A DNA stretch of 64,000 nt from a virus. How positions within the stretch are numbered: position 1 is the first letter of the stretch; every line of letters begins with the position of its first letter. The notes beneath the pieces are model-generated. The model was not told where the DNA came from. It saw nothing but the letters and a program-made list of their open reading frames with translations, and did no database searches. The translations under genes were made by a program, and so were the position numbers. Positions 31,670-41,632 of this stretch are shown here, piece after piece. The stretch covers positions 64,001 through 128,000 of IMG/VR virus record IMGVR_UViG_3300027782_003601; one strand, 5' to 3'.

Positions 31670-32641
31670 ATGAAAAATTTAAGATTTATATGTGCTCAAC
31701 CTGCCAGTTTATACTATGCATGGCAAGTAGAAGTTATGTTAAACAACTTTATAGAAATGGGGGTACATCCCAACAATATAGATATTGTATGTTGGAAAGA
31801 AAAAGGAGTAATACCAGAAGAATGGAGTAAACTGGCAAATGGGTATGCGGCACGTTTCTTTTTCTATGATGATATGAGAGAAACAAAACATTATATTTCA
31901 TCAATCAGACCAAATATTTTAAAGCAACATTGGATAGCACAACCACAATTAAAAGATAGTGCTATATTTTACCACGATTCAGATATTATCTTTACTAAAC
32001 CAATTGGTGAATGGGTTACAGATGAAATGATAAATGATAACCAATGGTATGGAAGTGATACACGTTGGTACATTGCACACTCTTACATCAAAGGTAAAGG
32101 ACAAGATATAATAGATGAGATGTGTAAGATAATGGATTTACCCGAATCCTTAATTGAAGAGAATGAGTTAAATTCTATTGGAGCACAATATTTAATGAAA
32201 GGTATAGATTATAATTTTTGGAATAGAGTTGAAATTGATTCTGAATTATTATATAAAAATATTACAGATTTAAATACTGAAAAAATTATTGAAGATAGAA
32301 GAACGATGCCACCTGGAGAAGAAAGAACACCATACCATCCTTTGCAAATATGGTGTGCAGATATGTGGGCAGTATTGTGGGGTGGATGGAGATTGGGATA
32401 CAAAACAAATTGCCATCCAAATTTTGATTTTAGTTGGGGAACATCAAATGAAGATGATTACTTTAAGATGAATATATTTCACAATGCTGGAGTAACATCA
32501 AGTGAATATGGTAAATTTTATAAAGCAAATTATATTGATTCATTACCATATAACGAACAATTAGAAATAACACCCAATACGGCAAGTTGGCATTATTGGA
32601 ATTGGATACAAAAAACAAAACAAAAATCAGTTTTATTATGA
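31670..32641 (+). CDS. putative peptide O-glycosyltransferase (HPAT/SRGT1-like, GT-A)
   Basis: YYAWQ, SIRP, YHDSDIIF (DxD) and WCADMWA occur in the order of the plant HPAT/SRGT1 motifs WQ, NRP/NKP, DxD, WxxEMY (recalled, not searched). Confidence 0.55.
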   Translation: MKNLRFICAQPASLYYAWQVEVMLNNFIEMGVHPNNIDIVCWKEKGVIPEEWSKLANGYAARFFFYDDMRETKHYISSIRPNILKQHWIAQPQLKDSAIFYHDSDIIFTKPIGEWVTDEMINDNQWYGSDTRWYIAHSYIKGKGQDIIDEMCKIMDLPESLIEENELNSIGAQYLMKGIDYNFWNRVEIDSELLYKNITDLNTEKIIEDRRTMPPGEERTPYHPLQIWCADMWAVLWGGWRLGYKTNCHPNFDFSWGTSNEDDYFKMNIFHNAGVTSSEYGKFYKANYIDSLPYNEQLEITPNTASWHYWNWIQKTKQKSVLL

Positions 32642-33672
32642 TAGAGCATATAAAAAATCAGTTTCAAGAATACAAAATAAATCAATTACAATTAGACCCC
32701 TTTGGAGTTTGTAATGCAAAATGTTGGTTTTGTCCGGTTGTTTTAAAAGGAAATCCAAAAGAAGGAAGAGAAGTAATGAGTCCTCAATTATTAGAAAAAA
32801 TAATAAAAAATCTAATAGATGAAAGGGAAACAGATAATGGTTTAGTGACTAAAAGTTTTGGTGGTTTTTATACTGCACATTATAACGAAATTTTATTATA
32901 CCCACATTTTGAACAATTATTACAAATATGTCAAAAATATAGATTATGTTTTATGGTGTTATCAAATGGTGTAACTTTAACACCAGAAAAAGTTGATTTG
33001 ATAAATAAATATAGTGGAGTGGTAAATGGTATATGTTTGAATGTTCCTGCGTTTGAAAAAGATTTGTGGAGTAAAAGAGCTGGAGTAAATCCTAAATTAT
33101 TTGATAAATTAATATCAAATATTGAATATGCAATTGATAATTTACCAATTATGGTTCAACATAAAACAATGTCAATTCAAATAAATGGAGCAAACGAATA
33201 TTCTTTTGAAGATAAAGGTGGGTGGTTAACAAAAGGTCCTGATTTTCCATCGGATATGAATTTAGACCCAATAACAGGTGAATTGGCAACACAAGAAAAA
33301 ATAGCAAGAGAACTATTCCCAACTATGCAAATATTTTCAGTTCCATCGTTGATAGATAGAGCAGGTGAGTTAGATAGTATTATGAGCAATAAATCTTCTA
33401 TCATTCGCAATTTACAAGGTGGAGATGAAACTAAAAAAGTTATTGGTTGTGGAAATGGTAGAGAAGTTGGGGGAAGACCTGTTGGTTGGATTCATGTAAA
33501 TGCAGCAGGAAAAGCATTTTTATGTTGCAATGATTATGATATGGAAATAGTAGTTGGTGATTTTAAAACACAAGAATTATCAGATTTTTGGGGAAAAGAT
33601 GAACATATAGAATTAGTAAAAAAATCTTATGAAAGTATATGTAGAACATGTGCTTCTGCAATTTTTGAATGA
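32638..33672 (+). CDS. radical SAM protein with SPASM/twitch domain (ATG 32638 overlaps upstream TGA)
   Basis: CNAKCWFC (CX3CX2C), LSNG, C-terminal GC...CCND...C..C. Confidence 0.85.
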   Translation: MIEHIKNQFQEYKINQLQLDPFGVCNAKCWFCPVVLKGNPKEGREVMSPQLLEKIIKNLIDERETDNGLVTKSFGGFYTAHYNEILLYPHFEQLLQICQKYRLCFMVLSNGVTLTPEKVDLINKYSGVVNGICLNVPAFEKDLWSKRAGVNPKLFDKLISNIEYAIDNLPIMVQHKTMSIQINGANEYSFEDKGGWLTKGPDFPSDMNLDPITGELATQEKIARELFPTMQIFSVPSLIDRAGELDSIMSNKSSIIRNLQGGDETKKVIGCGNGREVGGRPVGWIHVNAAGKAFLCCNDYDMEIVVGDFKTQELSDFWGKDEHIELVKKSYESICRTCASAIFE

Positions 33673-33673
33673 T

Positions 33674-34315
33674 ATGAAAATAGCAATTGGTTTATTTGGG
33701 ATACATTATCAAAAACAATTAATTCATTGGATGCCAGATTGGTTGTTGGATATTGATTATAAGAATGTTTTAGATAATAACAAAAAATATTTGTATAGAA
33801 ATAATGATATAACATTCTATTCATCCACATATTTTACAGAAAAATTACCAGAATTAATTAATGATTTTAAATTTAAAAAATTACAATTAAATCAAATGCA
33901 AAATGAAAAAAATGAAATTATACAAAATAGATGGATAAAACGAAATAAAAGATTTAAAGAAACTATAAAATTAATTTTAGATGATGGTGTAGAATATGAA
34001 TATGCTATAATTCAAAGATTTGATTTATTTTTTAAAAAAAGTGTTTTTGATTATTAATTAGATTATACTAAATTAAATTTAATATGTAAATCAAAAACGG
34101 CAGATGATGTTGAATATTGGGATGATAACTTTTATTTTTTACCATATAAATTATTAAAAAAATTTTATAATGATTTGTGTAAGATACCTGAGAATGTAAG
34201 TTCACATTGCCATAATCAATATATAAAAGATTATAATTATTTGATAAACGAAGCATATGGTAGTCATGAGATTCCAATTTATATAATAGATAGAAACCCA
34301 TCTATAAAATTATGA
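33674..34315 (+). pseudogene. glycosyltransferase-like gene interrupted by in-frame TAA at 34055-34057
   Basis: MKIAIGLFG...RFD before the stop; the same frame stays open for 85 more codons (WDDNFY...) to TGA 34313-34315. Confidence 0.6.
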
Positions 34316-34420
34316 TAGTATTTATCACAACAGGTTACGAAAAAAATTAAAAGAACTTAAAAAAAAGAACCCTTTTATTTATAAAAGTTTCTAATCTTAA
34401 ATTTTAAGATATTTATACAT

Positions 34421-37400
34421 ATGAAATTAGAAGTAGATAAACCAGAGGTAAAAAAATTAGTAGTAGTATACTCGGGTCGTTTCCAACCATTCCATGCTGG
34501 GCACTATGTATCCTATTTAAAACTTTGTCAAAAATTTGGCAAAGATAATGTATATATTGCAACATCAAACGTAACATCTGGTCCAAAATCTCCATTTAAT
34601 TTTAACGAAAAAAAGGAAATTGCAACTAAAATGTTCAATGTTCCATCTGATAAATTTATAGAAGTTAAAAACCCATATGCTCCTAAAGAAATATTACAAC
34701 ATTTTGATGGAAAAACTACTGCTTATATTGCAGCAGTTGGGGAAAAAGATGAAAGTAGATTAACTGGTAAATATTTTAAACCATATAAAGGTAAAACTGG
34801 ATATGGATATGATGAGATAGGATATACATACGCAGTTCCTGCCGAATCAAACCCAATTAGTGGAACGGATGTTCGTAATTGGTTAGGTAGTGGAGATGAT
34901 GAATCTAAAAAGAAAAGATTCTTAAAAGCATATCCAAAGTTTAATGCAGATATTTTTAAAATGATAACAAACAAATTAAATGAAGATGGATTTCCTGGAG
35001 GAATCGGTACTGGTTTAGATTTACCAGGAGGATATATTAATGGTGCACCAACGGGTTCAACAAACGAATCAAATAATACTCACCCATCTTCAGAATTTAG
35101 AAAAGAACCACATCCAACAAGATATGAAACAGAACATCCATCGGATGAACCTGATTGGTATAAAACTGAAAATTTATATGACCCAATTGGAAATGTAATT
35201 GATAGAGTTGTTGCTGAAGAAATATTTAAAGAATTTTCTAAACAATATTTTGGTGAAGCTCCTAATCCTATAATGGATAAGGAGTTTGATTATACTGCTG
35301 CAGATGGTAAAAAGAAAAAAATTACTGTTAAAGGTGCATTAAGATTACCAAAAGAACATCCTGCACACGTTCAAGCTTCCAAATTAGTTGGTAGTGATAA
35401 AACATCTGCAATAGCAAAAGGACCAGAGGATGCTCCTGCAAACGAACCAAAAAAATTACCACAACAAGGAAAAGCTGCAAAACAAGCAGCAAAACCTGCT
35501 CAACCTGGACAACCAGTTAAGCAAGGTCAGACTCAACAAGGTAAAGCAGATAAGGCAACGGGAAAATCCACAACATCCACACCACAAGGAGCAGAACAAA
35601 CTCCACCTCCACAAACATTAAGTGGTGATGAATTAAAATCATCAGCTGAAAAGAAAAAAGATACAAACAAAAGTGTATTTGGAAAATGGGGTGATAGATT
35701 TAAACAAGAAGTTAAAGAAATTGGAGATACTATTAAAACATTTTTGGATGAAGATGAAGCTCATATAGCACATGAAGGACATGACCCGAATTCTCCAATA
35801 AGAAAAAAAATCACAGAAAAACTTACTGATTTTGTAGCAAAAATGCCTGCAAATGTTGCAAAGCATGTATTAAAAGTTGCAAAACAAAAAGTACATCAAT
35901 TAAAAAATACAGGTAGAGGTATTCAATCATTGGCAGTATCTGCAATGAAAGGTGAAAAACCTAAATTTGGTATGTATAAAAATAGAGATGGTAAATGGCA
36001 ACATAGTGAAAATGAAGCTAAAAGACAAAAGAAGGCATTTATAGATACTGGAAAAGATATTGCATTAACTGCGGCAGCAGTAGTAACCGCAGGTGCAATT
36101 TCGGGAGCAGTAGCAGGTGCAGCTCATGGAATTGGTGGAATTGCACATGGCGCAGCTCATGGAGCAACACATACATTATCTCATGGGGTAAGTGGATTTT
36201 TACATCATATGGCAGTTGATTTTGGAAAACATTGTTTTAAAGAATCTGTATTTTTAGCAACTGGCGCAGGACATACTCAAGCAGCTAATTTAGCTATGGG
36301 AGCGGGTTTAATTGGTGAAAATATTTGGAAAAATACAATCAATGAAGAAGATGATATTAAACAAAATACATCAATGTATACCGAATTATTGAAACAAACT
36401 TTGGAAAAAATGGAAACGTTTGAACCAAATCCAACTCAATATTTGGAAATGCTAAAATCATATGCGGCAACTAAACAAAAAGCAGATTTGCAAAAATTAG
36501 TAGGTCCTATGAATGAAGTAATTTCTCCATTAAAAAGAGAAAACGTAAATCATTTTGTAGAATACGCAACTAAACGATTAAAATTAAAAGAACAACCAAA
36601 AGTAACATTAATAGAAGACCCTGAGTTTTCAAAACAAAATCATTCATTAGGAGGATACAATGTTGATTCTAAAGAAATATTTGTAGCAACTGAAGGTAGA
36701 TTAACTGCGGATATTTTAAGAACTATTGCACATGAAATGGTTCATAGAAAGCAAGATGAAATGGGATTGATTGGTGATTCAGTAAAAGATGGTGCAGATG
36801 GTTCTCCAATAGAAAATAAAGCAAATTCAATAGCAGCAATATTACTAAGAGAATATGGTAAATTAAATAAAACAATTTACAATGAAGATATTAATATAGA
36901 TGTTGATAAGGGTGATACTGTTTTAATGGGTAAATTTAAAAACAAAAAAGTAGTAGCAAAAGACTTTGGAACTGATGACCATGGAATGCCAACAATCAAT
37001 GGTAAAGTTGCAACCACATTTAGAATACCAAGAGGAGAAGAAAAACCAGATTCACAATCCGTATTTGATGAAGTAACTACAAACGATTGGCATTTTAAAG
37101 CAATTATGGCTTTATATGATAAATCAAATTCATTTGGTAAAAAGAAAATAGCAGCAGCAGTTTGTTCAGACCCAAATGCAAATAGAAAAGATATTGTAGT
37201 TCAATTGAGAGATTCGGATTATCAAGAAGTAACTGCTATTACTGATAAATTAAGATTATCAGAATATATTGAAAAAAAAAAATTAAATGAAATTGAAGCT
37301 AAAACTAAAGGATTAGGTGGAACTAATCCAAATGATTACGAAACAAAAGCTGAAAAAGATTTTAATAAACACCATAGTATAGATATGTACACAAATTCAT

Positions 37401-38962
37401 TAGGTACTTTAGATAAAGATACTGTTGATTTTGATGATGGTGGTGTTGATGTTGGATTTGTTCCATATAATTCAAAAAAAGATAAAATAAAAAGAGGTTA
37501 TGAGCCTGTTAAAACTGAAAAACTAACACAATCTAATTTAGATAGTGTTGAAAAATATGCAGATAGAGAATTAAAACCTGCTGATATAGAGTTTAGTAAT
37601 CATTTTTTTGATAGAGTTAATGATACTCGTAATGGTAAAGAAATATCTGAACCAGAACTAACTGGTTTTTTTAAGAGATTAATACGCCACAAAAAACAAT
37701 TTATAGATTTTTTAGATAAATACAATCAAATCGTAGTTAAAGACGATAGAAGTAATATCAATATTCCATTTGCAAAGATGGCAAATAAAGTTATTGCCAA
37801 AACTATAATGAGAAAAAATGATTTTCAAACCACTTCTCCTACAATCGTAAATGAAGTAGGTGAGGGTTCATCAAAGCCATATTCTTTTACTCAAAAAAGA
37901 AACGAAAAAAATAATAAAATTTACTCATTTACTACCACTTCAAATGAAGATTATAGAGTTGAGTTTGATTATAAAGATAAGTTTGATGCTTGGGAGGTAT
38001 CATTTGCTACATATTTTGATTCAGATGATGCAGTTATAAATAAAGGAGAACTATACTCTGTAATGGCAACTATAACAAATATATCATTAGATTTTATTAA
38101 AAAAGTAAATCCTAAAACAGTATATTTTTCATCTTCAAAAAATTTTGATAATGATAATAGACGTGAAAAACTTTATTTGGCTTATATAAAAAAACAACTC
38201 CCTAATTGGAAATTGGGTAAAAACTCTGGTTTTACTACATTGACTAACCCTAAATATAATAATCAACCAAAGTTTGATTGGTTAAAACAACCAATAAATG
38301 AAATTACACAAGGTTTGTATGCAGGTAAAATTAAAATTGGTGGACAATCAGTTGATATTGAAGTAGAATTATTAGGAGCTGACAATAAAACAAAAGAGTT
38401 TTTAACAAAGATAATTCACATAGATAAAGAATATCAGAACAAATTACCTATTGGTTCTCAATTCAAAATACCAGCAAGAGTATTTAGAATGCCAGGTGGT
38501 GGATGGCACAAAATTAAATCATCCGCATTTAAAGAATCATTAAATGAGGGCGGAGCATATGGACATATGTCTCATCCGTTTGATGATATGAATTTAACTT
38601 TTGGTGATTTAAAAAATATAATCACAAATGCATTAACTGGTAATTTAGAATTGACAAGAGAAAAATGTATAGCTGGTGATACTATAATACATACTGAAAA
38701 AAATGGTGATATGACTATTGCAAAGTTTGTAGATAATAAATTAGTTGATAAAGTATTGTCATTTAATGAAGAAACCAAACAAAATGAATATATGGATGTT
38801 ATGTTATCTTTTAATAATGATATTTCAGATGATTGGTTGGAAATTGAATTAGAGGATGGAAAAACTATACAAGTAACTCCGAATCATAGAATGTATGTAG
38901 AAGGAATTGGATATGTTGAAGCAAAACATTTGACAAAAGATATGGAGTTAAAAATAATCTAA
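34421..38962 (+). CDS. N-half of fractured multidomain protein: cytidylyltransferase-like domain, HExxH module, other modules, ligase N-part, IntN
   Basis: SGRFQPFHAGH (HIGH), AHEMVH, NHFFDR, EGGAYGHMSHP...REK followed by intein CIAGDT. Confidence 0.8.
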   Translation: MKLEVDKPEVKKLVVVYSGRFQPFHAGHYVSYLKLCQKFGKDNVYIATSNVTSGPKSPFNFNEKKEIATKMFNVPSDKFIEVKNPYAPKEILQHFDGKTTAYIAAVGEKDESRLTGKYFKPYKGKTGYGYDEIGYTYAVPAESNPISGTDVRNWLGSGDDESKKKRFLKAYPKFNADIFKMITNKLNEDGFPGGIGTGLDLPGGYINGAPTGSTNESNNTHPSSEFRKEPHPTRYETEHPSDEPDWYKTENLYDPIGNVIDRVVAEEIFKEFSKQYFGEAPNPIMDKEFDYTAADGKKKKITVKGALRLPKEHPAHVQASKLVGSDKTSAIAKGPEDAPANEPKKLPQQGKAAKQAAKPAQPGQPVKQGQTQQGKADKATGKSTTSTPQGAEQTPPPQTLSGDELKSSAEKKKDTNKSVFGKWGDRFKQEVKEIGDTIKTFLDEDEAHIAHEGHDPNSPIRKKITEKLTDFVAKMPANVAKHVLKVAKQKVHQLKNTGRGIQSLAVSAMKGEKPKFGMYKNRDGKWQHSENEAKRQKKAFIDTGKDIALTAAAVVTAGAISGAVAGAAHGIGGIAHGAAHGATHTLSHGVSGFLHHMAVDFGKHCFKESVFLATGAGHTQAANLAMGAGLIGENIWKNTINEEDDIKQNTSMYTELLKQTLEKMETFEPNPTQYLEMLKSYAATKQKADLQKLVGPMNEVISPLKRENVNHFVEYATKRLKLKEQPKVTLIEDPEFSKQNHSLGGYNVDSKEIFVATEGRLTADILRTIAHEMVHRKQDEMGLIGDSVKDGADGSPIENKANSIAAILLREYGKLNKTIYNEDINIDVDKGDTVLMGKFKNKKVVAKDFGTDDHGMPTINGKVATTFRIPRGEEKPDSQSVFDEVTTNDWHFKAIMALYDKSNSFGKKKIAAAVCSDPNANRKDIVVQLRDSDYQEVTAITDKLRLSEYIEKKKLNEIEAKTKGLGGTNPNDYETKAEKDFNKHHSIDMYTNSLGTLDKDTVDFDDGGVDVGFVPYNSKKDKIKRGYEPVKTEKLTQSNLDSVEKYADRELKPADIEFSNHFFDRVNDTRNGKEISEPELTGFFKRLIRHKKQFIDFLDKYNQIVVKDDRSNINIPFAKMANKVIAKTIMRKNDFQTTSPTIVNEVGEGSSKPYSFTQKRNEKNNKIYSFTTTSNEDYRVEFDYKDKFDAWEVSFATYFDSDDAVINKGELYSVMATITNISLDFIKKVNPKTVYFSSSKNFDNDNRREKLYLAYIKKQLPNWKLGKNSGFTTLTNPKYNNQPKFDWLKQPINEITQGLYAGKIKIGGQSVDIEVELLGADNKTKEFLTKIIHIDKEYQNKLPIGSQFKIPARVFRMPGGGWHKIKSSAFKESLNEGGAYGHMSHPFDDMNLTFGDLKNIITNALTGNLELTREKCIAGDTIIHTEKNGDMTIAKFVDNKLVDKVLSFNEETKQNEYMDVMLSFNNDISDDWLEIELEDGKTIQVTPNHRMYVEGIGYVEAKHLTKDMELKII
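38666..38959 (+). mobile_element. split intein N-fragment (98 aa)
   Basis: Block A CIAGDTIIHT; block B VTPNHRMY; ends at the stop codon. Confidence 0.9.
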
Positions 38963-38965
38963 CAA

Positions 38966-38979
38966 CCATCAGTTTTTTC
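38966..38979 (-). promoter_or_regulatory. copy of intein-less insertion site (candidate operator)
   Basis: Reverse complement GAAAAAACTGATGG versus rejoined exons GAAAAAACGGATGG (13/14); 9 nt upstream of ATATTTATA 38989-38997. Confidence 0.6.
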
Positions 38980-39017
38980 ACAAAATTTATATTTATATGT
39001 AAATAAAAACTATAAAT

Positions 39018-39752
39018 ATGATTGAAAAGTGTAAATATTGTGAAATAAAAATTAAAATTATTGGAAAAAATAGTATGAATGGACATATAACAAATTGTAA
39101 AAAATATAAAGAATGGAGAGATACTACTTTTAATTATGATTTTTTATATGATGCGTACATAGTAAATGGAAAGTCCGCATTACAAATTGCAAATGAAAAT
39201 GGGTGGAAATCATCTACTATAGTAAATAAACAATTGAATAGATTGGGTATAGCTGTTAGAAATGTTAAACAATCCCACCATATGTATGAGTATAAGTCTA
39301 GAATTGAAAAAACTAATTTTAAAAAATATGGAGCAGTAAATCCATTAAGTAAAGGAACTGTATCATATGAAAAACGAAATAAAACAGTTAAAGAAAAATA
39401 CGGAGTTGATAATGTATTTCAACATATGGATGTTAAAGAAAAAATAAGAAATTCTGGAGCATTCAAATCATTATTTCCAAACTATAATATAAATTCTATA
39501 CGAATTATAGAAGAGTATGGTAAGAAATATGGATATAATTTTCAACATGCCGAAAATGGGGGAGAATATTTTGTAAATGGGCTTGGATATTATTTGGATG
39601 GGTATGATAAAGAAAAAAATGTAGTAATTGAAATAGATGAATCCCATCATTTTAATAAAGATGGTTCACTTAAACAAAAAGATATAATACGTCAACAAAA
39701 AATAGAAGAATTATTACTATGTAAATTTATTAGAATAAAATATGAGAATTAA
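39018..39752 (+). CDS. free-standing Vsr-like/DUF559-type homing endonuclease 1
   Basis: Lies between intein halves; LDGYD..VIEIDE.HH nuclease motif; N-terminal CxxC..H..C and KKYG/EKYG repeats. Confidence 0.8.
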   Translation: MIEKCKYCEIKIKIIGKNSMNGHITNCKKYKEWRDTTFNYDFLYDAYIVNGKSALQIANENGWKSSTIVNKQLNRLGIAVRNVKQSHHMYEYKSRIEKTNFKKYGAVNPLSKGTVSYEKRNKTVKEKYGVDNVFQHMDVKEKIRNSGAFKSLFPNYNINSIRIIEEYGKKYGYNFQHAENGGEYFVNGLGYYLDGYDKEKNVVIEIDESHHFNKDGSLKQKDIIRQQKIEELLLCKFIRIKYEN

Positions 39753-39846
39753 ATCTATAAAAAAAATAAATAAAGAGCAAAACAGATATGATTTAAAAGT
39801 AGATGGGTTTTCATGCTACTATGCAAATGATATATTAGTTCATAAT
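39742..39846 (+). mobile_element. split intein C-fragment (35 aa), +1 Thr
   Basis: MRIKSIKK...RYDLKVDG..YYANDILVHN|T, blocks F and G. Confidence 0.9.
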
Positions 39847-40887
39847 ACGGATGGGCAAGCTCTTGCAATTAGTTGGAAAAATGGTAGATTAATTGCAGCA
39901 AGAAACAAATCACATTTACAAAATGCAGGAGTAGGTGCTATGGGTATTGAAGATGTTGCATCAAAGTTTGCAGGTAGAGGTGGATTAACTGATGCTTACA
40001 ACTTTGCAATGAAAGATTTATCAGCAGCAATTCAATCTCTTTCAGAACCACAGAGAAAAAAAATATTTAACGAAGGACAGTGTTTTATGAATTTAGAGGT
40101 TATATGGCCTACATCGGTAAATGTAATACCTTATGGACAACCACTATTAGTATTTCACAATACAACTTGTTATGATGAGAAAGGTGTAGCAATCGGAGCA
40201 AATCAAGGAGCAGCAACAATGTTGGCAGGAATGATTAAACAAGTAAATGGAGATGTTCAATCTAAATATACAATTCAAGGACCTCCTGTAACAAAATTAC
40301 CAAATAATGAAGAATTGAGTTCTAAGCAAAGTAAATATTTAACACAACTACAAAAATTACAATTTCAATTTCAATTAAGTAATAAAGATGGTGTAGCAGA
40401 TTATCATCGTGCTTGGTGGGCAAACTTCATAGATAAGAGTAAAGTTAAGTTACAAAAATTAGAAAGAGATGCTTTAATTAACAGATGGGCATTTGGTGAT
40501 AAATCATTGCGTTTAAATACTATTACTGATAAAGATGCTCAAAAATGGGCAATGGATAATGATAAAGTAAATGTGGCAAACCAACAAAAAGAAAATATCA
40601 GACCATTTGAGGAAATATTTTTAGGAGTTGGAGCAGATGTTTTATCATTTATGGATTCAGTATTAACTGTAAATCCAAATGCAGCAGTTGCTAATATGAA
40701 ACAAAGATTAAAAGATACTGCTGATAAGGTAAGAGGTAGTGGAGATGTATCTAAAATAGAAAAATTAAAGAAAGAATTAGCAAGATTACAATCAATTGGT
40801 GGATTGGATAAGATAGTTCCAAATGAGGGTATTGTATTTATTTATAAAGGAAACACTTATAAACTTACAGGAACTTTTGCACCTTAA
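39742..40887 (+). CDS. C-half: IntC plus ATP-dependent ligase-like nucleotidyltransferase domain
   Basis: IntC ends VHN; extein TDGQ completes KxDG motif I; NLEVI, EGIVF and YKLTG resemble motifs III-V. Confidence 0.75.
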   Translation: MRIKSIKKINKEQNRYDLKVDGFSCYYANDILVHNTDGQALAISWKNGRLIAARNKSHLQNAGVGAMGIEDVASKFAGRGGLTDAYNFAMKDLSAAIQSLSEPQRKKIFNEGQCFMNLEVIWPTSVNVIPYGQPLLVFHNTTCYDEKGVAIGANQGAATMLAGMIKQVNGDVQSKYTIQGPPVTKLPNNEELSSKQSKYLTQLQKLQFQFQLSNKDGVADYHRAWWANFIDKSKVKLQKLERDALINRWAFGDKSLRLNTITDKDAQKWAMDNDKVNVANQQKENIRPFEEIFLGVGADVLSFMDSVLTVNPNAAVANMKQRLKDTADKVRGSGDVSKIEKLKKELARLQSIGGLDKIVPNEGIVFIYKGNTYKLTGTFAP

Positions 40888-40960
40888 ATCAGATTTTAGG
40901 TATTTTTTACGAATAGTTTGATATATATAATAAATAAATTAGTTATATTAATATAGAATT

Positions 40961-41629
40961 ATGGCAAAGAGAAAATCCTTTGAAGAAAAAAACAAACACA
41001 TTCACAAATCTCGTCAATTAATTATAGATACGGTTTTTGGTAGAACGGATGATAATCAAACAACATTTGGTTACGAAAAAGAAGCCGACAAAAAAAGAGA
41101 AATTGGTGAAAAATGGGTGGATAGTGATGGTGTACAATGGGAACAAAAAGATGGGTTTAGAACAAACCTAACTAAAATGGATGAAGTAAGAGAATTCTTA
41201 CAAAAAATCAGTAGATGTTCTTTACCTGAATGTAAAACTGTAAAATATAGTACTGCAGATAAAAAAGCAATTGTTAAAACTACTATGTGTTTAGATTGCT
41301 TATCTAAAGTTGAAACAAAATTAAGAGTAGATGGTACATGGCCATTTTATGAGGATTATAAGATTACATTAAATAAATTAGGTTATATAAGAGATATAAA
41401 ATCTCAAATGGAAGAAGCATTGTTAGGTATTAAACAACAAGTTGAAATGGTAAATGAAAATGGTACTATTTCTAAATGGCAATGGGATATTGATATTGAA
41501 AAAGTAAAAGAAGATATTAAAAAAGATATAGATGGAGCATATGATGCAATTGAAGCTTTATTAGAAAGAAAATTAGCATTAGAAGAAAAATTGATAGAAT
41601 TAAATCATTCAGAACTTATAAAACAATAG
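40961..41629 (+). CDS. hypothetical protein with CxxxC...CxxC and coiled coil
   Basis: 222 aa ORF. Confidence 0.65.
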   Translation: MAKRKSFEEKNKHIHKSRQLIIDTVFGRTDDNQTTFGYEKEADKKREIGEKWVDSDGVQWEQKDGFRTNLTKMDEVREFLQKISRCSLPECKTVKYSTADKKAIVKTTMCLDCLSKVETKLRVDGTWPFYEDYKITLNKLGYIRDIKSQMEEALLGIKQQVEMVNENGTISKWQWDIDIEKVKEDIKKDIDGAYDAIEALLERKLALEEKLIELNHSELIKQ

Positions 41630-41632
41630 ATT

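Noticed and set aside
39011-39018. Exact T4 late promoter TATAAATA before endonuclease 1
   Set aside because: It overlaps the start codon and is not repeated before other genes; ATATTTATA at 38989 fits the genome-wide pattern
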